DNA of 61,631 nt, counting the filler, from Squatina squatina (lineage: Eukaryota): assembly GCA_031763465.1 (NCBI GenBank). It is 4 parts of 4 records of this genome, joined end to end, with 100 filler letters (N's around TTAATTAATTAA, not from the genome) between each part and the next. Parts side by side here need not be neighbours in the genome. Positions count along the whole stretch, not along the records: positions 1 to 16,315 come from JARFOE010000203.1; 3 more parts are not named here. One strand, given 5' to 3'. Below the pieces are notes generated by a model. That model had not been told where the DNA came from. It ran no database searches and worked only from the letters and a program-made list of their open reading frames with translations. Of this stretch, positions 1 through 12,150 are shown one piece after another (the stretch's first letter is position 1; each line of letters opens with the position of its first letter). A program made the translations under genes and the position numbers.

Positions 1-619
1 GTCAGGAAATCCCGGCTGGGGGGGTGGAGCCAGCAAATAACCAGCACTCATTCTCGGCCTTACCTCAGGATCGTTGGAGGGAAACACCTGGCTGTCATGG
101 TTCGGAAGCGAAGAATGGCCACTTAGGGAAGGAACCCGCGAGGCGTCGAGTCTACAGAACTGAACTCTGGCCAGGAGTCAGCACTTTGAGAGGAAACAGA
201 GATAACGGAAGGTCAAAAAATAAAGTAAAATAAATTCTGCAATGAAAACTGGTAGCTTTGTGTTACCAGGTTATAACTTGCAGAAGATGCAGGGCTACAA
301 ACACCTTTCAGAAAATTACTTCTACTCAATGACAGTACATTGAAATAAGTCTCCACCTCGGATACACATTACGAGCATGTCTCAATTTCTTGCCCATATC
401 TCTGCAAAGGTAAATGTCATGGTAAAATACAGCGATTGTAGACATGTGAGCACTGTACAACACGATGCGAGTGAGGCCCTTAACACAAAGATTACAATTT
501 TACTGAAGCCCAATGCGAAAAGTCAATGGGTGACGTTTTACTATGAAACTGAAAAATGCTCAAGGGTCAAGGTCATTAACGTAGGACAAGACTGAAAAAA
601 GCCTTATGCTCCAACTTAC

Positions 620-720
620 CCATTGGGTCCGACCAGACCGTATCTCCTCCCAGCCACAATGTACAGGTCAGCATTGATGAAGAGCTCCTTCCCATGAGCT
701 GAGATGCTGAACCTCTCCAG
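620..720 (-). CDS. ABCF1: ABCF1 internal exon (start of first ABC domain, up to Walker A)
   Basis: ttttcag|[34 protein letters not shown]|gtaagt; nearly identical to recalled human ABCF1 [34 protein letters not shown](KGKT); not in the ORF track because it is a 101-bp exon. Confidence 0.95.
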
Positions 721-1171
721 CTGAAAATAAGAAATGCAGTTCCATTAGAAAGCACAGCTCCCAACAGAAACAAATAGCGTAAAATGGCAACAATGTTAGC
801 ATCATGATACTTGGAGTGAAGTATGAATATTTTATACAAGATTNNNNNNNNNNNNNNNNNNNNNNNNNNNNNNNNNNNNNNNNNNNNNNNNNNNNNNNNN
901 NNNNNNNNNNNNNNNNNNNNNNNNNNNNNNNNNNNNNNNNNNNAGCAAAGCTGCATATTTACAGTGCTGACAAGGACCTTGAAGGAAAGCTCTACCTCAA
1001 AAATACATGGCACAACCAGAAGCACCAGGCAGGTATTATGTGAACTAGATGAGGCTGATCTACACAAGATGAACCTTTGGCGCAGAGGTCAAGATGTCAA
1101 TTCATTCAATCGAGCAGCGCAAACACACAGTTCTTCATATTCAGACTCCTCTCCCCAAATTCGACACTGAC

Positions 1172-1288
1172 CTTATTTTTCTGATTTTTGTCTACTTTGG
1201 ATGGCTGCCTCTCTCCTTCGTCATGGTCTTCTTCACTGTCTTCATCTTCACTCTGTTCAAGGCTAAGAGCTGCAAAAACATTTCCACC
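1172..1288 (-). CDS. ABCF1: ABCF1 internal exon (acidic N-terminal region)
   Basis: tttgaag|[39 protein letters not shown]|gtcagt, phase 0-0; resembles human ABCF1 [20 protein letters not shown]...KNRINK; same strand as and upstream of the 620-720 exon. Confidence 0.85.
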
Positions 1289-1839
1289 CTTCAAACAAAA
1301 AATAAAATGGAAAAATCAACGTACAAAACCACATGGGCCCAACAAAGATAAAAAGCCTGAGTATTTTAAACAGAACTTACATTGGATGTACAGTATCTCA
1401 ATTATAATCAATTATAAATTATATTTCCAATAAACAACGATTCAATCAGTAACCTGGCACAGTGAATATTATCAAACATCAAAGACGCAAAGTATCCATT
1501 AGCAGCTGGTTCTAAAACAAAGTGGAATCATTAACCCATATTACACTGAAGGGGAAGGAAAGTCAATTGGCACTTTTTGTTTCAAGTTTATTGGATGAAA
1601 TAGTCTTACTAGAATTTAGTCCGACATCGTGATTGCAAAAAGAATTCTTTGACGTGAAGCCCTTCAAGTTGGGCTTCCATCACTGTTGGGCTTCAGTGGC
1701 AGCAGGGCAGCTCAGACTTCAGACTGGACAGCTGTTCTGNNNNNNNNNNNNNNNNNNNNNNNNNNNNNNNNNNNNNNNNNNNNNNNNNNNNNNNNNNNNN
1801 NNNNNNNNNNNNNNNNNNNNNNNNNNNNNNNNNNNNNNN

Positions 1840-2330
1840 CTCACACACACTCACACTCACACACACACACACTCACACACACACACACTCTCACACACAC
1901 TCTCTCACACTCACACTCACTCTCACACTCACTCTCTCACACTCACCTTCACACACACTCTCTCACACTCACCTTCACACACACTCTCTCACACACTCAC
2001 TCTCACTCTCACACTCACAATCACTCTCACACACTCACACTCTCTCNNNNNNNNNNNNNNNNNNNNNNNNNNNNNNNNNNNNNNNNNNNNNNNNNNNNNN
2101 NNNNNNNNNNNNNNNNNNNNNNNNNNNNNNNNNNNNNNNNNNNNNNNNNNNNNNNNNNNNNNNNNNNNNNNNNNNNNNNNNNNNNNACTCACTCTCTCAC
2201 ACTCACAATCACTCTCACACACACTCTCTCACACTCCCTCTCACACTCACTCTCTCACACTCCCTCTCACACACACTCTCTCACACTCCCTCTCACAATC
2301 ACTCTCACACACTCACTCTCACACTCACAC
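1840..2330. repeat. Compound (CA)n/(CT)n microsatellite, interrupted by a gap
   Basis: ctcacacacactcacactc... low-complexity run; explains the His/Thr/Ser-rich spurious ORFs. Confidence 0.95.
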
Positions 2331-2334
2331 ATAC

Positions 2335-2583
2335 CGAGACCCCATCGAAGGAGGAGGAATTCATGGCTTTGTAAAGCTCATCAGTGATGTCCCTGTTCTG
2401 GCTGCGGTAGTTGAACTGCTCCAAACGCATCTGCTTCTTCTCCAGTTCCTGGGCTGTTTTGTTGAGGGCCAGAGCCAGTGCCCAGATGGCATCATAGGCC
2501 AATGGCGCCTCTTGGTACCCGCCGGTCTCCTCGGGTGACTTTTTGATTACAGTCTGCAGTTTCTCCAAGAACTCTTGGGAGGT
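2335..2583 (-). CDS. GABBR1: GABA-B receptor subunit 1 internal exon (Venus flytrap domain)
   Basis: cag|TSQEFLEKL...[26 protein letters not shown]...[11 protein letters not shown]|gtatgt; 249 bp, phase 0-0; GABBR1 signature [19 protein letters not shown]. Confidence 0.96.
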
Positions 2584-3134
2584 CTGAGGGTGGAGTCGCA
2601 GCAGAAAAGGGAAACGGGTTAGTTCGCACTGCGCCACTTTTAGTCCAATGCGTTCCTTTCGTGCATTACTCTGTCAACCAACAGTCACTCCTCCCCACTC
2701 AACCACCAGTCCCACCCTTCGATCTCCTCCTTTCCAGCCTCTCACACTGGCCAAACCCTCTCTTAGTCCACCCTTTCGAGCCCCTGTGCACACATCAGAG
2801 TGGGGAATCTGTGCTCACGCAAGAGGGTAAGATCTAATACAGATCAGCCATGACGTAATTAAATGGTCGAACAGACTCGAGGGGCTGAATGGCTTAGTCC
2901 TGTTCCTATGTTCTGTTCCGAATCAATATTCCAGAGATGCTGCTGGAAAGGGCTAAAGAGAAAAGCACCGGGCTCGAATGTAAAGCCTCACGTGGCGGAA
3001 GAGGCCTCGGTGCCAGTCGCGGCGCAGCGAGACAGGAAGGATTGGCACTGGGGTGGGATATCAGGTGGGAACCAGACCAACCGTCCTCTCCACTCCCGAA
3101 GCCCAGTCTGCAGCTGCAGCGACACAGAGGGAAA

Positions 3135-3575
3135 CAAAGTTCCGCTGAATACGAAATGAGCTCGACTCCACCCAGGGCAAGGCAGCCCGGCGGATCAGCA
3201 GCCCACTCACCACTGGTGCTCCGTGGCTGCAGTGGGCACCATCCACATGAGGCGCTGGAGCAACTCGCCGAGGCTTCTTCGGCAGCACCTCCCTAAACCC
3301 TGACACTCCACCACCGAGAAGGACAAGGGCAGCAGGCGCACCTCCACCACCTCCAAGTTCCCCTCCAAGTGACACACCATCCTGATTTGGAAACACGTCG
3401 GCCATTCCTTCATCGTTGCTGGGTCAGAATCCTGCAATTCCCCCCTTATCAGCACCGTGGGAGCACCTTCAACACCTGGACTGCAGTGCTTCAAGAAGGT
3501 GGTTCACCAGCACCTTCTGCAAGGCAATTAGGCATGGGAAATAAATGCCTCCCTTGCCGGTGATGCCCACATCCC
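3135..3575 (+). mobile_element. Decayed 3' fragment of a non-LTR retrotransposon
   Basis: Translates to remnants such as SVAAVGTIHMRRWSNSPRLLRQHLP and GLQCFKKVVHQHLL, typical of the C-terminus of shark LINE ORF2. Confidence 0.6.
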
Positions 3576-3620
3576 GAAAACACCTTTTTTAATAACTAGC
3601 CCCGGTCAAACTCTCCTCAC

Positions 3621-3812
3621 CATTTTGGAGATGCCCCTGCTGTTGGTGGGGTTCACCATGAGGATCTCAGTGGTGAGGTGACCCTCCACAGCTTCGGTCA
3701 TGTTCTGCACTGTGCAGTTGATATTGTTGTCCTGGATCTTGAACCAGTTGTCGGCATACCACCCGATCAGGAACCAGACGTACTTCTTACCGTAAAGCTT
3801 CTCCTTGAATAC
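3621..3812 (-). CDS. GABBR1: GABA-B receptor subunit 1 internal exon
   Basis: ctgcag|[28 protein letters not shown]...[25 protein letters not shown]|gtgagg; 192 bp; splices in frame to the 2335-2583 exon. Confidence 0.96.
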
Positions 3813-3901
3813 CTGCAGCAGAAGGAGGGAGACACACACAGAGCCATTGTAGGGAAGGCACTGCAGAACTAACCAGGAGAGTCATTAGAAGAATATGCCA
3901 G

Positions 3902-4695
3902 CGTGTTACAGTGAGGAGTGTCTTAAATCAGAGTGCTACTGTGAGCGGTGTGTTATATCAGTGTTACAGTGAGGAGTGTCTTAAATCAGAGTGCTACTTT
4001 GAGCGGAGTGTTATATCGAAGTGTTAGAGTGAGCGGTGTATTATATCAGTGTGTTACCATGATTGGTGTGTTATATCAGAGTGTTACAGTGAGGGGTGTG
4101 TTATATTAGAGTGTTTCAGTGAATGGTGTGTTATATCAGTGTCACAGTGAGGGGTGTGTTATATCACAGTGTTACAGTGAGGGGTTTGTTATATCAGACT
4201 GTTACAGTGAGCGGTGTATTATATCAGAGTGTTACAGTAAGCGGTGTGTTATATCAGAGTCTTACAGTGAGCGGTGTGTTATATCAGGGTGTTACAGTGA
4301 GGGGTGTATTATATCAGAGTCTTACAGTGAGCGGTGTGTTATATCAGACTGTAACAGTGAGGATGTGTTCTATCAGTGCTACAGTGAGGGGTGTGTTATA
4401 TCAAAGTATTAGAGTGCGGGGATGTGTTGTATTAGAGGGTTTCAGTGAGTGACATGTTATATCAGTGTATTACAGTGAGGGGTGTGAAACATCAGCGTGT
4501 TACAGTAAGAGGTGTATTCTATCAGAGTGTTTCAGTGAGTGGTGTGTTATATCAGTGTTACAGTGAGCGGTGTATTATATCAGTGTGTTACAGTGAGGGT
4601 GTGTTATATCAGTGTTACAGTGAGCGGTGTGTTATATCAGAGTGTCACAGTGAGGGGTGTGTTATATCACAGTTTTACAGTGAGGCGTGTTTTAT
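3902..4695. repeat. Minisatellite, ~28-30 bp unit (gttacagtgagcggtgtgttatatcagagt), ~25 copies
   Basis: Periodicity is directly visible, e.g. unit starts at 4201, 4231, 4261, 4291, 4321. Confidence 0.95.
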
Positions 4696-4872
4696 ATAGA
4701 AACATAGAAACATGGAAAATAGGTGCAGGAGTAGGCCATTAGGCCCTTCGAGCCTGCACCGCCATTCAATATNNNNNNNNNNNNNNNNNNNNNNNNNNNN
4801 NNNNNNNNNNNNNNNNNNNNNNNNNNNNNNNNNNNNNNNNNNNNNNNNNNNNNNNNNNNNNNNNNNNNNNNN

Positions 4873-5070
4873 CGCCTGGAGCCCCCTCTTAAAGCGACAG
4901 TCCGCCTGGAGCCCCCTCTTAAAGCGACAGTCCGCCTGGAGCCCCCTCTTAAAAGGAACAGGCCATGCAGAGGGCATCTTAAAGGGACAGTCCACAGCGC
5001 AGGGCCTCTTAAAGTGAAAGTCCTCGTAGGAACTATTTAAAGGAACAGTCTACCTGGAACCATCAAAGGC
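4873..5070. repeat. 30-bp tandem repeat (cgcctggagccccctcttaaagcgacagtc), decaying rightwards
   Basis: Near-perfect copies start at 4873, 4903 and 4933, followed by degenerate copies; abuts a gap. Confidence 0.85.
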
Positions 5071-5323
5071 AACAGTCCGTGGCGGAAGAAAAGGAGAGTG
5101 CACACAGAACCCCTCAAAGTGACTGACTCTCTTGCCCATCCACTTGGTGCCAACTCCATCGATCGGTCTTTGCTCGTCCCCACTGGCCCTATCCGACATT
5201 TTAATTCTACAGTTGTTCAGTTCATGTTGGTGTTTTGAGGCGGGAGTCTCGCCCTCTTCGGGATTGTATATACAGAGCTTGAAGGAAAGTCCTCTCTCCC
5301 TTCACCAGGAGCACTGGCCAAGG

Positions 5324-6004
5324 ATGACTGATCTGAACCGGCAGCTGCGGGAGTACCTGTCGCAGTCGCGAGGCGGTCGCAATGGGGACGGCGGCAACAG
5401 CGAGCCACTCCTCACTCCGGATCCCGACTCCCCGCCGCCCGGGCCTGTGTCTGGCTGGGCGAGCCGGATGAACCCGTTCTCCTCCAGGCCAGGCAGCACC
5501 ACGGCGCAGGTCCAGGCCTCCGGGCCCACGTCGGTGGGGTTCTGGCCGACGGAGCCGGACACCTTCCTGTCCCGCCGGCAGCGGCTGACGGCCTTCGGCC
5601 TGTGCTTGGCGATGGGGCTGCTGTGCTTCAGCCTGTCAGCCGTGTACGCCCCCTTCATACTGCTGAAGGCCCGCAAGTTCGCCCTGCTCTTCACCCTGGG
5701 CAGCCTCTTCCTGCTGGGCAGCCTGGCCCTGCTGCGCGGGCCCTGGAACCAGCTGCGCCAGCTCTCCTCCCGCGACCACCTGCCCTTCACCGCGGCCTAC
5801 CTGGGCTCGCTCCTCGCCACCCTGTACAGCGCCCTGGCGCTGCAGAGCACCGTCCTGACCGCCGTGGCCGCCACCTTCCAGCTCCTCACCCTCGCCGGCT
5901 ACATTATCAGCTCCGTCCCTGGGGGCGCAACCGGCCTGCGCTTCATCGGTGGCCTCTTCACCTCGGCCTTCAAGCGCACTGTCAGCAAGACCCTGCCCGT
6001 ATGA
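5324..6004 (+). CDS. SFT2D3: Vesicle transport protein SFT2C, complete single-exon CDS (226 aa)
   Basis: Starts MTDLNRQLREYLSQS; Got1/Sft2 motifs LSRRQRLTAFGLCL, LLKARKFALLFTLGS, ISSVPGGATGLRF; ends VSKTLPV; four hydrophobic segments, GC-rich codons; candidate splice acceptor ttttaattctacag at 5198-5211 in the 5' UTR. Confidence 0.92.
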   Translation: MTDLNRQLREYLSQSRGGRNGDGGNSEPLLTPDPDSPPPGPVSGWASRMNPFSSRPGSTTAQVQASGPTSVGFWPTEPDTFLSRRQRLTAFGLCLAMGLLCFSLSAVYAPFILLKARKFALLFTLGSLFLLGSLALLRGPWNQLRQLSSRDHLPFTAAYLGSLLATLYSALALQSTVLTAVAATFQLLTLAGYIISSVPGGATGLRFIGGLFTSAFKRTVSKTLPV

Positions 6005-6065
6005 GGGAGGGAGTTGGGGTGGGTGGGGGCGCGTCAGGGGAGGAATCTCTGACAGAAAGACACGT

Positions 6066-6470
6066 TGGCCGTGGCTCAGTGGAGAGCACCCACTTGAGTC
6101 AGTAGGTTTGTGGGTTCAACTCCCACTCCAGAGACTTGAGCACAAAATCTAGGCCGACGCTCCAATGGAGCACTGCATTGTCGGGGATGTTAAGCCAAGG
6201 CTCTCTCAGGTGGACATAAAAGATCCCGCGGCTACTATTTGAAAAAGAGCAGGAGAGTTCTCCCCGGTGTCCTGGGCCAATATTAAACCCTCAACCAACA
6301 CCACTTTAAAAGACAAACAAATTATCTGGCCATTATTGCGATTTGTGCACAAATTGGCTGCCACGTTTCCTGCATTACAACTGTGACTTCACGTCAGAAA
6401 AAGTACTGTCGGCGGTAAAGCACTTTGGGACGTCCGGTGGTCGCGAACAGCGCTACATAAATGCAAGTCT
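6066..6470 (+). mobile_element. tRNA-derived Deu-domain SINE (SacSINE1-like)
   Basis: A box tggctcagtgg, B box ggttcaactcc, central ggacataaaagatccc...ccccggtgtcctgggccaata core, L2-type tail gcgctacataaatgcaagt; several related copies in the window. Confidence 0.8.
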
Positions 6471-7952
6471 TCCTTTTATGATTAAGGCAATGAAATAGAA
6501 TTTCCAATGCTAACATAAAAACGGGAACTATCTGGGAGTGAATTAAATAGTGTAATTAAACTTTAGATAAGATATTTTAGCTTCACTTTGACAATTTTTG
6601 TGTGCCCCAAAATTGGATCATATCCTTCAATTAACTACCAGGAATATTTACCACTTTGGTCGAACTGCAAGAGCCACAGTTTGCGCACTGCATTTAAAAT
6701 GTCAGTCTGAGCAGCTTAGATGAATTATGATTAAGTGTTCTATGAAGCACATAGCATGATTAGTGGCATGATACGGGTGACTCATGAATTAACCCTTTGG
6801 TGTCATTTACACTTGTAATGAGCACAGCTCTGATAGCGTGCTCCAAGCTCCAAGGATTTTTTTTTTTTAAACTCTGCTTTCACATTCTCAGAAGGTAGGG
6901 TTCAAGGAGCAAGTAAAAGACACTTATATAATGCAAGAATACAATAAAACTTAGAACACAAGATCATGAGACAAATGGGTTTTCTGGACAACAACTTGTA
7001 TTTATATAGCGCCTTGAACGTAGTAAACCGTTCCAAGGCACTTCACAGGAGTGTTATCAAACACAATTTGATACCGAGCCACATCAGATGATGTTAGGGC
7101 AGATGACCAAAAACTTGGACAGAACTGATTATTTTTGGTGTTGATAGAAAAAGATATTAACCTTTATTCTGGAGTAAAGCAATTGTACCTGCCATTATAC
7201 TCAATCTGTTGGCCTTATTCTCTCCATATTGTTCACTACTTTCTAGTTCATATAATCTAGAGGCCTTGAGTCAACTGAGCAAAATATAGTGAGACACGGT
7301 ATCAGGTGCCACACCTATATTCTACAATAATGTCAGCACATTTGCTAAGTGAAGCAAAATCACCAAACATATTCCTGCACATTACCTACACGGAGGTAAA
7401 CTTGTGTTTTATTTTAAAATATCCAAATTATTTTATACCATTACAAAAACAGATGTATGGTGAGTATTCGGGTCTGAAAGCGAACAAGTCAGCACAAACC
7501 TCAGGAATAAAGCTGCAACTCATGGGATCAGGGGATTTTCAGACAGGTGCAGGTCGGGCAACAACCAACAGAATTTGTTTTTCTTTTTAAAAAAAAAAGA
7601 CAGCCTGCTCCTAAAATTCCACTTCAGGGACAACAGTAAAAGTTTGCGCTGCAGCAAAAAAGAAGTGACTTTTGGCAAGATTATTGCAAATAAAACCTTA
7701 TCACAAAAAAAACCAGGGGAAAGTGTTTTCGCCGCGAATATCTGACGCCAATGTCCACCAAGCACCAAATGAAATGCAACACGCCCCCACACAAATGAGC
7801 TTGCACAACCTCCCCCTCCAAATGAATTGTAAACGACTCCAAAATAAAATGCNNNNNNNNNNNNNNNNNNNNNNNNNNNNNNNNNNNNNNNNNNNNNNNN
7901 NNNNNNNNNNNNNNNNNNNNNNNNNNNNNNNNNNNNNNNNNNNNNNNNNNNN

Positions 7953-8215
7953 TTTCCTGCCTGTTAGCCAATCCTCTATCCATGCCAATAAATTACCTCC
8001 AACACCATGGGCTTTTATCTTGCAGCTTAGCCTTTTGTGAGGTACCTTGTCGAATGCCTTCTGGAAATCCAAATAGAATATATCTATTGGTTCCCCTCTA
8101 TCCGATCTAGCTGAGACTTCCTCAACAAACTCTAATAAATTCGTTGCACTCCCTCTCTAGCAAGAATATTCTTCCTTAAGTAAGGAGACCAAAACTGTGC
8201 ACAATACTCCAGGTA
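7953..8215 (-). mobile_element. CR1 LINE reverse-transcriptase fragments
   Basis: DFQKAFDKVPHKRLSCKIKAHGVGGNLLAWIEDWL. Confidence 0.9.
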
Positions 8216-9334
8216 TAAATGCAAGTTTTTAAAAATTACATCCTGTATAATACAGCGCAGGATCAGTGAGCAGTGTAAGTGGCAACTTGGGGGCAATCTC
8301 TCGCCCATAAAGGAAATTGCCTAGCCCCCACCACCCAAGTACACAAAACAGGTGGGGGGGGGGGGTGGTTTACACAATTCCAATCAGGAAAACCAGGATG
8401 GACCAGGACCAGCAACTTAAACTGGCTCATTGCTTTGCAAAAACGACATCAACAATGACGCTCACCTCAGTCAACTTTTCATTCTCTTGAGTTTTAACAG
8501 GAGCAAATTATTCTTCACAGAGAATGAAGGAGCGCCGGGGGAAGGGGAGAGAGCTGCTGTGTCAGCAGTGTTCCAGGCAACATGTGCCAGCTCTGCCCCA
8601 TCAGTGAGTTCAGCTCCATCTCGCTGCAAGGCGCCAGCATAATGAGGTATCTGAAAATAATTGCTCCCTCTTGAGTTCGGCGCACGTCATCAAAAGACTG
8701 CACTCTGTGAAACATGGAATATATTAGATGCACAGTCTTGTCACAAAGTCCTCTCAGTGAAGCTCCTGGTGAGCACAGACCCACAATTAGAACTGTTGTG
8801 GTAAAGAAAGGGAGAATACTCACTTACTTTCGACTCTCCGCATGGAGAGTTCTCAGATGTGGTCAGTTCAGACAGAGAAGGTACAAGAGAGGTCAGCCAC
8901 CTCTTCACAGCCAGGTAATAATTCGAAGCCAAATCAACTCTCAGCAGCCAACAACTTATTTACGGCATGGGAGGGAAGAGGAGAACTCAGACAGTGGCCA
9001 TGAAAATCTTACAAAATGAGAAATTGGTTTACACAAACTGAAGCAAAACAAACAGGACCCCTGCATCCCTTTTGTGTGGCCACTTACCCATCAACAGGTA
9101 GATTGAAATTAGTCGCACACTGTGCAGAAGGCAATGCATTCAGAATATAACAGAAAAAGCATAAAACTACTTTGTACGTACTTTGAGTCATCTTGAACAA
9201 GGCCCATGTAGTTTGAGCACAAGTACACAGTCCTCATGCACTTTGGGGAGAAGGGGTTCTTTATGAAGTTAGCAGTCACCCAGTCATTCCCTTTCACTCA
9301 GCCACCCAGAATTTTTTTTTAAAACCCCAAACAC

Positions 9335-9663
9335 ACGTTTTGATTTGCAGAGCTGGAAGTTGTTAGAGACAGGCAGGGGTGACGCCACAAAAGGATTTAA
9401 GCACAAGAATAAAAAGATTAAATGAGGCATTGAGGGAACCAGGATCCAATGTAGGTCAGCAAGGAGCAGGGTGATTGATAAGATATGAGCAGCAGAGTTT
9501 TGGAAGAGCTGAAGTTTACAGTGAGTGGAATATCGAAGGCCGGCCAAGAGAGCATCGGAATAGTCAAGTCTAGTGTTGTCAAAGACATGGATGAGGGTTT
9601 CAGTAACAAATGGATAAAGGCAGTGGAGGAGGTGGGCCATGTTAGATGTGGAGTAGACAGTCT
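9335..9663 (-). mobile_element. L2-clade LINE fragment
   Basis: ETLIHVFDNTRLDYSDALLAGL...KLQLFQNSAAHIL...LADLHW, the typical L2 ORF2 C-terminal motif. Confidence 0.8.
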
Positions 9664-10184
9664 NNNNNNNNNNNNNNNNNNNNNNNNNNNNNNNNNNNNN
9701 NNNNNNNNNNNNNNNNNNNNNNNNNNNNNNNNNNNNNNNNNNNNNNNNNNNNNNNNNNNNNNNGACCAGCAGGGGCTCAGAGTGAGGCTTTAAAGTGCAG
9801 AGTCATGTGATGCATGCATCATGGAGCCGCTGAGCAAAGATAAAATGGAGCGTAATCTGACTGCTTTCACTTGCGCTGGATCCTCTGAGCTGAGGCCTGA
9901 GTCACCGCTGAAAAATACAGGCGTTGTCACCGCTGGATTTAGCGCACACTGACACTGTGCAATTTTGGACGAGTGGCCATTTTGGGCGCCGTGCCCACTT
10001 ATGACAACATAGCGCCACGATTACGCTTCATCCAGCGCTGCAAGCATTATGGGACTTGCACCTATTTTGCGCCGACGCGAATGGGATCCGAATTTTGTGC
10101 TCACGTTTTCACGCCCAAAGTGCTCATTTCGTGCTGATTTCGCGCCAAAAGCTTATCCACGAATTGGGCGCCCTTAGACTTTGG

Positions 10185-10355
10185 ACATAAAAACAGAAAT
10201 TCTAAATTTGCGAATGACACCAAATTTGGGGCGATAGTCAATACTGAGGAGGACAGCAAAAAATACAGGAGGACATTAATAAACTTGTAGAGTGGGCATA
10301 CAATTGGCAAATGAAGTTCAACAGAAATAAATTTGAGGTATTACATTTTGGAAGG
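10185..10355 (+). mobile_element. CR1 LINE RT fragment
   Basis: SKFANDTKFG...WQMKFNRNKFEVLHFGR. Confidence 0.85.
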
Positions 10356-11914
10356 NNNNNNNNNNNNNNNNNNNNNNNNNNNNNNNNNNNNNNNNNNNNN
10401 NNNNNNNNNNNNNNNNNNNNNNNNNNNNNNNNNNNNNNNNNNNNNNNNNNNNNNNAGGAGTGGCACAGCAGAATGAGGTTAAATGTGGCTTTGTAGTAAT
10501 GTTTCATGATCTACTGAGTTTATTGAACAGTTTGTGCCACTCAGCCAGTTCCTCCTGATGACATCCCTGCACGTGCCCTCCTGTGCAATGAGCAACCAGG
10601 CTGCATTGGTGTCCTGGGAGGTCTCTCCCACCCATTGCAAGGGAAGAGGACCTCCCTGTGCGCTGTGACTCCCTCCGTAAGCATCTGGAGAGCCTGGTGC
10701 AGATATTCACCTTTGTGTAGTTCTTATCAGTGTTTACAGCTTCTGAATGCTGCAGAACACTGACAGAAGAACTGTCAAAAAGGAATGACAATGGTCCTTT
10801 AAAGAAAACCGGCTGATGACACCATATCAAATAACGTCATAAGACCAACTTCCAGTTAACTGGCTGGGAAGGCCTCACGGCAGAATTAACAAGGCCAATC
10901 AAGGGAAGATCCTGTTGGGAGGGCGGGCTGAACTGGAAGCGTGGTCTGTCCACCAATGCCAGTAGCTCCGATCTCACCTCTGTTGGCAAAATTGTAGCCC
11001 ATTTATCTAAACTGAAGTTCACTTCAGAACATCTGACAATTCCAGGGACATCTTCAGAGGAAGTCTCTGACTAAAGTCCTTCAGGAGTGAAGGAATCTCT
11101 GGTGAATGGTAAGGCTGCTGCTATGGAGGCAGCAGGCTCCAATCTTCAAAAGCATCTCCTTTACGACTTCAAACGGCTGGGGGTTGGGGCCGCATTGGTA
11201 TCCAAAAACCTGCTCCCACATAGATTATTCGACATTCTGAGGGAGTGTTTCATAACAGTGGCATTGCTGGAATAGGCATAAAGCTGCCCTCTCTCAGGAT
11301 ATCATCACATCCTGACCAGCTGGCCCTCCCACCATCTCAGTTGATAGTATATGTGCCAGAAAGTGGGCAGAAACAGACAGCCACTGGAGCAGCAGACATG
11401 GCAGAGCCATCTCATGACCGAGTGCAATGAGACACAAGGCCACCACAATCCCAAGAGCTCCCGTAGAGGCAGAGCAGCCAGACGCTTCACTGAATCCATC
11501 CATTTAGAAAGGATCTAGAAGGAGCACAAGAATAAGAAATACAACACACATCATATACACTATCGCCATGGTAATTAACAACTGAGCACACATGCACTAA
11601 ACACTTTTCCAGAGAGTTTACTTCTGGTGGTCCAGAATAACAGTAGCAGCAAATGCAAGGGAGGAATTCCATGGTAGTTGCGTTATTACAGAGGACAACA
11701 TTTGGAATAACTTATCCATCTGCATTGTGCATAAATCAACAGGTCTGTTGGCAAAATGTGCTGTTTATAAAAGTGCTGTTTGTGTCTCCTCTACAATAGT
11801 CTTCCATATGATTTTTTTCTAGTTGCAAAGATGTTTCTACAGCAACAATCTCAGTGCTATTGTGAGCATGGTCTTCGACCCTTGCCTCTGGATAGGCCTC
11901 CTCCATGATTACAC

Positions 11915-12150
11915 ATCTTTTGATGCAAAGTTGTGGAGGATGCAGTAGACAACAATGATCATGGAAGGGCTGTACTGGAAGACACCGCATCAGTAGCACT
12001 GCTTTAAAATGCCAATAGTACGTTCTATGATTAATTTGGTAGATGCATAGGCATTGTGGAACCAGCTGCCAGCTTCTGACCATTGGCCTTGAAATGGAAT
12101 CATTAGGTAGGTTTTAAAAGGATTGCATTAGCCTTGGTTTCCGAGAAGGA
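11915..12150 (-). mobile_element. PIF/Harbinger transposase relic (C-terminal DDE region)
   Basis: Manual translation: LLGNQG* ... LMIPFQGQWSEAGSWFHNAYASTKLIIERTIGILKQ ... FQYSPSMIIVVYCILHNF, matching HARBI1-type LLGDxGY / IERTIGILK / CILHN motifs; contains stops. Confidence 0.75.

Noticed and set aside
3902-4695. Regular ~30-bp array resembling a CRISPR array or a repeat-protein ORF
   Set aside because: Head-to-tail units without unique spacers, eukaryotic intronic context, no cas genes; a minisatellite
5132-5323. N-terminal extension of the 290-aa ORF upstream of SFT2D3
   Set aside because: Starts at TTG and crosses a probable splice acceptor (5211); homology begins at ATG 5324
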